Below, piece after piece: positions 11,598 through 22,436 of a DNA stretch of 64,000 bases; position 1 is the first letter of the stretch; each line of letters opens with the position of its first letter. The notes below the pieces were generated by a model, which saw only the letters and a program-made list of their open reading frames with translations, did no database searches and was not told where the DNA came from. Source of the stretch: Basidiobolus meristosporus CBS 931.73 (taxonomy: Eukaryota; Fungi; Basidiobolomycota); assembly GCA_002104905.1 (NCBI GenBank), contig MCFE01000008.1:186001-250000 (forward strand), written 5' to 3'. Made by a program: the position numbers and the translations under genes.

Positions 11598-14415
11598 ATG
11601 ACTGTGAACGGCATCTCCCACATTACCATTGCTACTTCTTCGACCGAGCTCTTCGAAGCCTCGGCTCAGTTCTACAATAGCATTGGTTTCCAAACCATTC
11701 AAAAAGAAGAGAAGGCACTTTGGCTTCAGTGTTTCGGTTCCGATTCTAGCAAGGAGTTGGCCATCAGATTGACCCTTTCTGATAAGGCTCCCGAAGCTGG
11801 CCACCCTGTCAACCTTTCTGATGAGTCTCAGGCCCCTAGCGTCGAGATCGCCCTTCAGCTTATCTCCTCTGACATTAAGAAGATGGAAGAGGCCCTCAAG
11901 CAAGGTTCTTACACTTATCAAAAGCTCCAAAGCACCATTGAGGATGCTACCTCCACCCAATACACCAACCTTTTCTTCCACGATCCCTTGAACAATCTCA
12001 TTGTCGTCACCGACAAGGCTAACGCTATCTCTACCGCCGCTTTGCCCAAAAAGAGCGTTGCTAAGCCCTCCCAATCTGAGACCCCTGAAGTTAAGCCCTT
12101 GGGTGAGAAGAAGAAGAGAATTGCTGTCATGACCAGTGGTGGTGATGCTCCTGGTATGAACGCCGCTGTTCGTGCTGTTATCCGTACCGGTATCGCTTAT
12201 GGATGTGATGCCTACGCTATTTACGAAGGTTACGAAGGTCTTGTTCAAGGTGGCAACTTCATCAAGAAGATGGACTGGAGTGATGTCGGTGGTTTCCTTG
12301 CTGTCGGTGGTACCATCATTGGTACCGCTCGTTGCATGAGCTTCAAGACTCACGAAGGTCGTCTCCAAGCCGCTTTCAACTTGGTTGAAAAGGGTATTGA
12401 CGCCATTATTGTGTGCGGTGGTGACGGTTCCTTGACTGGTGCCGATGTTTTCAGAGCCGAATGGCCTGGACTCATCGAGGAGTTGATCAGCCTCGGTCGT
12501 TTGACCAAGGAGCAAGCTGATCCTTACAAGTACCTCACCATTGTGGGTCTTGTCGGCAGTATCGATAACGATATGTCCTCTACCGATATCACCATTGGTG
12601 CTTACACCTCCCTTCACCGTATTTGCGAGGCTGTCGACTCCATCTCCAGTACCGCCAGCAGTCATCAACGTGCTTTCGTCATTGAGGTCATGGGCAGACA
12701 TTGTGGTTGGCTTGCCTTGATGGCCGGTATTTGTACCGGTGCTGATTGGTTGTTCCTCCCCGAAAAGCCCCCGTCCGGCAACTGGGAAGAAGAGATGTGC
12801 TCTGTTCTTCAAAAGCATCGTGAATTCGGTAAGCGTAAGAGTATCGTCATTGTTGCCGAAGGTGCCGTTGATGAGAACCTCAACCCCATCAAGCCTGATC
12901 ACATCAAGGATATCCTCACCAACAGATTGAAGTTTGATACTCGTGTTACTCTTCTTGGTCACGTTCAAAGAGGTGGTACTCCTTGCGCCTATGATCGTTA
13001 CTTGGCTACCCTTCAGGGTGTTGAAGCTGTCAAGGCTGTCTTGAAGGCAACCCCCGAGACACCCTCTCCCATGATCGGTATGAGCGAGAACAAGATTACT
13101 AGTGGACCTTTGATGGAGGCCGTTGAGTTGACCCACCAAGTTGGTGAAGCCATTAACTCCAAGGACTTCAAGAAGGCCATGGACCTTCGTGATCCCGAGT
13201 TCTCTTCCCTTCTTGAGATCTACCAATCCAGCATCAAGCCCCATCCTGAAAACAGCCAGCCCAAGAGCAACGATAGCTTCCGCTTTGGTATCATGAACGT
13301 TGGTGCTCCTGCCGGTGGTATGAATGCTGCCACCCGTACTGCCGTCAGACTTGCCATTAACAACGGTCACACTCCCCTTGGTATCTACAATGGATTCAGC
13401 GGTTTGGCCAACGGTGAGGTCAAGGAGTTGTCATGGCTTTCTGTTGATGGATGGACCACTCGTGGTGGTTCCGAGCTCGGTACCAACCGTACCCAACCCT
13501 CCACCGATTTCGGTATGATCGCCTACCACTTGCAAAAGAACAACATCAACGGTCTGCTCGTTGTTGGTGGTTTCGAAGCCTACACCGCCCTTCTCGAATT
13601 GTACCAAAACCGTGACAAATATCCTGCTTTCTGCATTCCTATTGTCCACATCCCTGCCACCATCTCCAACAACTGCCCTGGTACCGACTTCTCCCTCGGT
13701 TGTGATACCAGTTTGAACGCTATTGTTGATGCCTGTGATTGCATCAAGCAATCCGCCTCCTCCACTAGACGCAGAGTCTTCGTTGTTGAGGTTCAAGGTG
13801 GCAAGTGTGGATACCTCGCCACCATGGCCGGTTTGGCTGCTGGTGCCAATGTGATCTACACCCCTGAAACTGGTATTACTCTCAAGCAACTCCAATCCGA
13901 TATCAATGACTTCGTTGAACAATACGAGGAGGAGGCTAAGCACGGTATCTTGACCGGCAAGGGTCGTGTCGTGTTGAGAAACGAATCCGTCTCCTAAGAC
14001 CTACACCACCGATGTTGTTCACGACATCCTCCGTGAGGAATGCCGTCACGTGTTCGATACTCGTACCGCCGTCCTTGGACACATCCAACAAGGTGGTACC
14101 CCCACACCTTTCGATCGTATCCGTGCTACTCGTTTGGCTTACCGTTGCATTGAGTGGCTTGAGAAGCAAGCTCTTGCAAACAAGTCCAACAGTGCCACTG
14201 GCCCTGCCGTCGTTGTTGACGATGCCAAGTCCGTTTGTGTCATCGGTGTTCGTGGTGCTAAGGTGAAGTTCACCCCAGTCATCGACTTGTTGACTGAAAC
14301 CGACCTCGTCAACCGTAGAGGTACCAAAAACTGGTGGGAAAATATCAGAGATGTTTGCTATATGCTTGCAAAGCCTAAGTACCAGGGTGCTTTGAAGCTT
14401 GATGAACATATGTAA
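11598..14415 (+). CDS. PFK: ATP-dependent 6-phosphofructokinase (fungal type with N-terminal glyoxalase-like domain); intronless; split by a +1 frameshift at 13992-13998
   Basis: TSGGDAPGMN, GGDGS, GSIDND, EVMGRHCG, LGHVQRGG in ORF1 (799 aa from ATG 11598); +1 frame continues KTYTTDVVHDILREE..LGHIQQGGTPTPFDR to TAA 14413-14415 (139 aa). Alpha/beta subunit not assignable. Confidence 0.95.
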
Positions 14416-14848
14416 AAACTCACAAACTAGTACACCACATGTTTTAAACCAATAGACCGAACGCGCAATGTATAGGAATTTCTATTCTCTACAATTAATC
14501 ACAATAAATATTCTATTCTATATATTAGATATATCAATGACCCGATTCACGAAGTAATATAATATGGTTATGGGTGTGGTTGAGTGGGTGTGCGTGTGTG
14601 CGTGTGTGGTTCTCAGGTATTCGGGATTCCCCTGAGTGAGTTGGGTGGACCTTTGAGTGGGAAATAAGCTGTCACGCTGATTCTCATGCTCATTTATCAA
14701 TGCTTAATCAGGAAAGATTTTTAGAACCTTGTATTTTGTGCAGTGTATCTCAGAAAGCTTCTCTCTTCAAAAGAACTTTGGCTTTGGTTGAGGATCGTGT
14801 TAGTAACCATACCTAAATACGTCGCTGTGTCAGTTTCTTTCAACCTGA

Positions 14849-17800
14849 ATGGATACCACCATCAATAGCTCTACAGCTTCTGCTCCCTCGCAAGAGCCTT
14901 ACGATAGCGAGGTTCGTTTCGGGAAGCAGGAGCCTCTAGCAGAGCGCGTTTCCACTGATAAAAATTCGGAAGTGGTTGAAGCTGTTTCCGCACATGACTC
15001 CGAAACGTTCCCACGTGAACATCCTGATTGTAGTAATGAAGGGATGCCACATTTAGTTAAGAGTGTAGACACTGAAAGCAGTGTTTCACCTCAACAAGTT
15101 ACTATAGAGGAAAGTGCACCTCATCAAGCTACTATAGAGGAAAATTCATCTCAGCAAGCTACTATAGAGGAAAATTCATCTCAGCAAGAGCACCAAGTAA
15201 ATTCATATTCTGAGCTGGCTGATGATGCAGAACCGTTGCCTATTCCACCACCCCTCGTAGAAACTCCACAGCTTGACGCCATATCCAGCATATCAGCCAA
15301 CACTGCGCAACCAGGAGGAATTTCAGCGGTCGCCTCACCTTCGAACGATTTGGTTTCGCTCCTTACTCCTAACTTCTATACCGCCGCAGACATAGGGAAC
15401 GGGGATGAGCTGGTTGAAATCATCACTAATGTTACGGAGCAAACGGGCGCGTCACCGGAAGATATCATAAACACTCCATCTGCCTCCGCTGGCTTAACCG
15501 TGTTACAATACGCAGCTTCCAGAGGCCATTCCACTCTGGTTGAATACCTTTTAGATGCTGGTGCGGAGGTGGATGCTGTGGATCGTGAAGGAGAGGTAGG
15601 CTAACTTGTCCTTAAATTCGTGTACCCATTGCTCTCGACATTGAATTCCTACTTTGCAAACGAAGACAGCTCTGTTGAAGGCCGCTTTTCATGGCTACTT
15701 GGGCGTGGTCAAATGCTTGGTCGACCATTGTGCCTCTGTGCAACACACAGACAACGACGGTTGGACCGCATTGCACAATGCCTGTTCCAGTGGTCATCTT
15801 GGGGTGGTCAAGTGGCTGTTGGAAAATACTCCGGCGGACGTAAATGCAAGAAACGTTATGAGTCACACTCCTCTAAGTATGTTCACACCTAGTTTCCTTT
15901 CATATCCATCCCGAGTTAATGGTAAACCACCTCGCTTAGTGAACGCGGCATCAAGAGGGTATTTGAATATCGTGTCATATCTGGTGAATGAAACTCATGT
16001 AGATCCGTTGATCCAAAACGATTTTGGTGAGAAAGCGTATGACGTCGCCGCAGCCAGAATGGAAGCCCAGATATGCGAATTGCTGGACGGGGTCGAACAA
16101 AGCATCCAAGGTAACTGGTAGCGTTATGCACTGCTTGTACGCTCTAACACTTAGCCGCCTCGATAGTCAATTATGATACCATCAGACATCACCTTACCGT
16201 ACTAGTCGTATTGTACGAGAATCAAAATGCCCCCCAAAGCCTACTCTCCCGGTTGGCTTCACCACGATTCTCCCTTGGCACATCTTCCGAGATCGGGGTC
16301 CATCCCTGGACCTTACCTAATGGCAGACCAAGCTCCAAGGAGGCTATTCAGCTACCTCTGTCAAGCAGTGGATCTACCACCGAGGAGAAATGGTTCTGGC
16401 TGAGTGACTGGCAAATCGATTTAAAGCATAGTCAAGTGGATTCTGAACAAGGCTGGCAATATGCCTATTCCTTCGACGCGCTGCCAAACCAGTGGTACAG
16501 ATCTCCGCCAGGTGCTGGCTCGAGCAAGGGCTGGGTGAGAAGGAGACGGTGGATTAGGGTCATGAAGCGTAAGTTAGACTCCGTTGATGATCAAGGGAAT
16601 AATGCGGCATCCGCTTCTTTAAACCGCGAAAGACCTTCTAGCTCAGTTCAGGAGCCAGACACAGGTGTTGTCGCCGTTGAGGTTAATGGTAAGTCAGATG
16701 AAATTCCTCCACAATGCTATTAAGATGAGCTCATTTTTTCGTGTTTAGACCACAGTGGTACGAGTCTTCATCCAAACGAATCCTACATTAAGTCAGGACC
16801 GCCAGAACACAGACAGCGACCACCCATATACTGGTATTTCGGTATTATATATCCAGGCCAACCCTCTATTGACTCTTAATTACTATAGACAACGAGGTTG
16901 ACCCATCCTCTGTCAATCGAACACTGGACAGTCCAAATGCTACGACAGCTGTGGAGGGCGCACATCTACGACAAGACTCAACCGCATCATCCTCACATAC
17001 CAATTCCACGACTGGAATAACTCCATCGTTGCTCCAAGTGATCAATACGACCTCTACACGCCAACTCCCACTGTCACCTTCGTTGTGGGAATCGGATGAG
17101 GATGCGCCAGATTGCCGTCAATGCGGTCGTAGGTTCATGATATTCCTTCGACGTCACCACTGCCGGTATGTAAACGGATGTTTTTTTTGTGTGAACGCAT
17201 CGAGTGCCCAAGCCTAACCGTTGCATGTATAGTCGGTGCGGACTTGTGTTCTGTGATAGATGCACCTCCTCACGTTTCCCCTTCCCCATCCCTGCTCAAG
17301 CAGAAAATGCCGCTTCCATCTCATACCAACGAGTGTGTGACACCTGCTTGGCTCTGTTGAACTCCTCGCCAAGGAGAGCAAACTCCATTATGAACTCTTC
17401 GCTGTTGAGTCGAACGAACAGCCAAGCCAGTTTGATGAATGAATGCCCGGTTTGCTTTGCCTCGCTGGCTTCGATCTCCATGGATAGAGGGGCCCAGGAA
17501 CAACACGTGCAAGAGTGTTTGGAGACCAGAGAATTTAGCACCTCTCCCAGAGGTTCTAGATACCTAAGTATGTCTTGTTACCTGGACTCGAAACCATACA
17601 TCACATCCCTTGGCTAAACGTCTTTTCTGTGGCCGCAGATTTCAAACTAAAGGAAGATTCCAACCTGTTAGGACAGGAGTGTCCGATATGCTTTGAAGAG
17701 TTCGAGCTAGGTAGGTGTTCCATTTGGTCAGGGCCGCGTTTAGCACCAAATCACCAACTCACGAACGTTTACTAGATGAAACCATAGCCAGGCTGACCTG

Positions 17801-17877
17801 CCTATGTACCTATCACCAAGGAGTGCATTGATTCGTGGTTTGGCCGCGGAAAACAATGTCCATTCCATTCACGCTGA
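14849..17877 (+). CDS. Ankyrin + DysF(Pex24/Pex30-like) + FYVE + RING-H2 protein, Upa1/Pib1-like; +1 frameshift inside the RING
   Basis: Ankyrin repeats (LQYAASRGH, LLKAAFHGY, LHNACSSGH), WLSDWQID..GWQYA..WVRRRRWIR (DysF), WESD..C..C..RRHHCRRCG..CDRC (FYVE), CPICFEEF..IARLTCLCTYH[+1]KECIDSWF..CPFH (RING). Confidence 0.85.
15095..15188 (+). repeat. Coding 30-bp tandem repeat x3 (Q[VA]TIEE[SN][AS][PS][HQ])
   Basis: caag(t/c)tactatagaggaaa(g/a)t(g/t)ca(c/t)ctca(t/g) three times in frame; copies 2 and 3 identical. Confidence 0.9.
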
Positions 17878-18418
17878 CGAAGAGCAGCCTCCGTTGCCTG
17901 ACTCCATTAACCGAATGCAACCCTTTCGCCCAAGAGAATATACCAATCTGGGACATCGTCATCCAATCACCACCGCAAAGTATGGGTATTCGTGTATATA
18001 AGATACAACTTGATTCAATATACTCTTCCGTCGGTCCGAAGATCAGCTCGTTTGATGTATGTGCTCCATTATATTGACTTCTCCCGACCAGCCCAACGCT
18101 GGTTGACTGGTCCCGATTTCGCGCAACGATTACCCCCTCCGTCCCATCAAATCCATAGAAATGACACTTCCGACCCAACTATCAAATAAAGTGAAAATAG
18201 CCGTGTAAAGAGAGAACTTTTCATTGTGTGTGTATGGGGGGGCTTTTTTTCAACAGGTCGATTGGACCTTGTACACACCAAAGTCGAAAGAATATTGCAG
18301 GTAACAGAGTGAAAAGAAGTGTGGTAAAGAGCACGTGTATGTATGTGTGGGTGATTGTGTTTGCGACGGAGCGTATTCAACACAAAATAGCATAAAGAGC
18401 GCATTTTCCAATGACGCA

Positions 18419-21400
18419 TCAATTACTGAATAGGCTCGCCGGGAAACCGCTGAATTCGGAGATTTCATCGACACTAATACCACTGGGGGTAGTGTAGGAT
18501 ACCTTCAGGCGGAGTCGAATGGGTGTCTACATGAGGGAACAGGGGATTACTACGAAGAGCGGAGATGCCGCGACAAGGGAAACAAACAAATACCTTCTGA
18601 GGATTGGCGATTCTGATCAACTGGGTGGCTGACTCATTGACGGGTATCTGAGTCGAGGAGATCGATTGCATTTGCAGCTTCTGAGATTTGGGCACAGCAA
18701 TTTGGAAGGAGAGATTCTCGATTCTGGCCCCGACCGCCTCGTTAAGGAAGCGTATTTTAATGTTGACGACATTGGGGTTCTGGGAGTCTTGGTTGGGAAT
18801 CATGACAACCTTGAACCCATTTTTGTTGTATGCAATGTAGCCTCCGGCTAATTATAGAAAAAAGCATTAATACGCTGCTACGCCGACTCGAGGGCATTCG
18901 ATCATACCTGGTGGTTGGGCTGTGTTGGTGGGTGATTTATGCTGGATAGGAATGCTATTTCCCATTGGCATAGAGCTTGGTGGACTAGATGCTGCAGGGG
19001 AGGAAATATCGCCCAACAAGTCTAAAAGGCTATCACTTCCCTGAGTAGACTTTGTAGAAGTTGTCTGTTGGAGATTACTCATGGTATTGATACCGGTGGG
19101 AGAAGTACTCTGTGGATTGGATAAATTACTAGAGCCAAAGATGTCGGCCAGCAAGTCCACCGTTTGATCCGATTGGGAAGGCTGGGATGAAGCAGCCGAG
19201 GGCTCATCTCCAAGTAGATTCAACAAGGCCTGAGGAAATCACAAAGATCAGTAAAAGTCGTGGTGAGAGGTTTGATCTCGGTAGTTACATTTTCTTGGTT
19301 ACGTGAGGATTTGCTGGTGTTTCTTGGCTTCGATTTCTCAAGAACTAAAGTAAGGAGGTCAGTGATTGCCGAAGTGCTCGAAGCCAAAGTCCCATCTAAC
19401 CTGGGCTATGCAGGTCCGGTTTAGGCTCAGGCGCTGGCATACGTTCCAGGACTGCCGAGCGAATCTCGTTGTAGCCATACAAGTTTTTGTATTCGTTCGC
19501 ACGTTGCTGAACCTCCGTCTCGGCACTATTGGCGAAGGTGTTGATGATGTTTTTGATACGCTCTTGAACGCTTCGCTCTTTGAATCGGTCGGTTAGTTTG
19601 ATCAGAGCAGTCATTATATATTCTCTGATGGTTTGGTTGGCATAAGGACTGTTGAGGATATTCTCCATTAAGGCAACCACATCGGATTCTGTAACCTATG
19701 AAACCATGATGGCTTAGATCCGATAGATACCATATTGCTCTGATAAAGATTTACCTCGCGGACAAGCTCCTCTTCCTCAAAGCTACCACCCTTTACAAGG
19801 AGATCACCAAATTCACCAATGATCCAGACGCCAACAAGAACTAGCGCTTCCTGATACAAGCAGAAAACAAGGTAAATTCATCTGGCCAATGAAAGAAACA
19901 ATAGGCGCTGTACTTTGGATATATCTTGTTTCAGCGAGGCAAATAGCTTTTGTGCGGTGTAAGTCTGTAGTTCCGTGGCATTGGCAACGATTCGAATGAA
20001 ATTAGAAAGCGTTTCCTCACGGCAGTAGTTTCCAGCCTGCGAGTCATGGTTAGTATATTGGTCTGAGTGAGGATTCGTGAAATGCTCTACCAGCTTCAAC
20101 ACACGCAACACGGTGTCAATATGCCAACGCTTGTTGGGTGCAAACCTGAAGAATCGGTTAGTTTCCTTGAGTGAGGTGTGCAGAAAAAGGATTTTTACCT
20201 ATCAGCTGCAGCGCAAATCTTTGTTGTCATTCCCGCTTTGAATTCGGTGTCTGCGATCTCCAGGAAAGTGAGGAGTTCTCTGGTCATGGCACGCACATTT
20301 GCCTCATTTATAAGCGCAAAGGACAGCTCGAGTGCACGTCTTCTAATAGAAATGTCGGGATCTTTTAGACATTCCACCACAGTCATACGGTGACGCTGCA
20401 CGTTCTGTATGTCGATAGCTACAGTCTTATTCAATGTGTCTAATGCAACATAGCTAAATTAAGAACGAATAGTATGGTCAGATGAAGCTCGATGCCAGGA
20501 ATTGCTTAACCATTGGGACTACCGTAAGTTGTTGTCTTTGTTCTTGATAAACCGTCCGAGGATATTGATGGCAAGAACGCGTAGCCCGTGATCGGATTCT
20601 GTGCCCATTATGGTGGTAACGGTTTCGTAGAGCACAGAGTTTCCGGCATTTTTGGCTGAATCAGTATTGGTAGCTACCTAAACACCAAGGACCTGGGTGA
20701 GTATCAAATCCCTCCCAAACCATCCGTGTAATGCATCAACAAACCTGAGCCAAAACATCATTCATTGCCTCACTAGCGTCATCGTTATTTTCTCCTAAAT
20801 ATCTCAGCAGACGAATAATCTTGACTTGCAAGAAAGGATCGGTGATTCCGGTGATATCATGATCAGGTGAAAAGCCGCCAGAAGAGAGAGCTTTCAGGCG
20901 CTTGACTAGCGTGGGAATAGACTGGTGAGAGATTAATGCATGCTGAAACCATGGAGTCCACGTTTAGAGAACCATACATTGACAAACACAGAAACATTTT
21001 CTGGATTTTGTTGGCACAATTCTATGATTAATGTGACACCGGTCAACATAACGCTATGACTTTTGTCAACGAGAAGGGAGTTGGCGGGCTCCACTAGGTT
21101 TTCATAGAGATCGGGTGCTTTACGGACGAGTCGAATGGCGCATAAGGCAGCCTTAATTTAGATGTGTTGAGGAGTGGGTTACGTTGGGGATGCTCTAGTA
21201 ATTGTCAACGTACTTTCTTCTTCATATACGTGTTTGAGCTCTTCATTAGCTTCTCTACTTCGTCAATCAAGTCCTGTGCCATTTCACCAGATGCAATATT
21301 CCCCAGCGTGCAGAGTGCTAAACCAACAATGTACATGTTGGAGTGATTCAGATCACTGTGTTGGGTAGAGTAAGCAAGAAATATAAGCTTGAAAGGAACA

Positions 21401-21837
21401 CGAAGAAACGGTGGGAAATATGGGTTACTTTTTCAAAGAGTTGGTGACAAGAGTGAGCAGCTCTTGGTTTTCGTCAAGTAACAGCATCATCCCAAGATAA
21501 CCGAGACGTTTATCCGCGAAGCGACTAGAGGCAACAAGTTTCAAACACTCGATTTGGCCCCAGTGTGCAGGGTAACCCAACATGTGAATGTACAAGAGTT
21601 TAGCAACATTATTGTATCTCGAATCGGTATTTTCCTCCTTGAAGGAGGTTCTAAGGGAAGCGGATTCCTTTTGTATCACCGTTCTCTCATCAGCGGCCGT
21701 TTTGCACTTGCGGATGGCTCTGATGAAATCTAGGTCAAGTTCAATGGCGTTAGTGCTTTCTTGGTTCGGGGGGACCACTCTGGGCCAACATCTCAAAAGA
21801 GTGCAGGGAAGCTACCTTTCAGTCGATAATAAGGCAT
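18419..21837 (-). CDS. APL4: AP-1 complex gamma adaptin
   Basis: [91 protein letters not shown]; C-terminal ear [15 protein letters not shown]; phases consistent. Confidence 0.96.
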
Positions 21838-22436
21838 AGATGCAGTTCAAGTTGAAAATTCTTTAGATAAAGGGTGCAGGTTTTGTCTCAACAATGGGCA
21901 CGGCAACGAGATAAAGTCCCCAGAAATACGATTAAGAGCTCACTTCCTCGCCTTGGTTGGAAGAAAACCACTTTACTATATTTGTCTGACGCAACCTGAC
22001 TACTGTTAAGCAAGCATTTACAGTTTCGAGGCGGCTTCACGTGATATGTTCAGTCCACATCTCGGTGGTGGGTGAGGATCAAATTTCGATGGCTTCATTC
22101 GATAGATCTGTCAACATTCCAACTCAGCCATTCGCATGGCCAGCACCTAGTTGGAGTTTGGGCAACGAGAGTGACAGGTGGGGAACGAGTTACTTTAATG
22201 GATTTAGTCAAGGTAGGGGAAACCGAATCAAATATCCTAACATATATTCGTTAGCACATCTGAATGCAGTGGATGATGGATTATTAAAACGGAATGTGGA
22301 TGTGATAAGATACATGTTCTGTAGCAAGAAAGTGATTGGGATTATGTGATGTGGGTTGAGGAGTAGAAGGGGAGGTGAATATCGAAATCTACCAGTAGAA
22401 CAAACAAAATGATATGAGACAGAGATTGTATATGAT

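Noticed and set aside
11583-13370. 595-aa antisense ORF over PFK (and similar antisense ORFs over ATP1, RPL21, RPS9, CBF5, NOG1)
   Set aside because: These mirror the sense frame of strongly codon-biased genes that avoid TTA/CTA/TCA, a known artefact; there is no independent protein signature.
13989-13998. 10-nt GT..AG pseudo-intron (GTCTCCTAAG) that would repair the PFK frame
   Set aside because: Far below the spliceosomal minimum, has no branch point, and would delete three residues that alignment says are present.
14413-14427. Cryptic peroxisomal PTS1 by readthrough of the PFK stop
   Set aside because: Readthrough gives ..KLTN-stop, with no SKL-like end.
17826-17831. Stop-triggered +1 shift at CAT-TGA in the RING (Euplotes-like genome-wide recoding)
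   Set aside because: Shifting there would give HQGVHDSW and lose the essential RING Cys; the break lies about 10 nt earlier.
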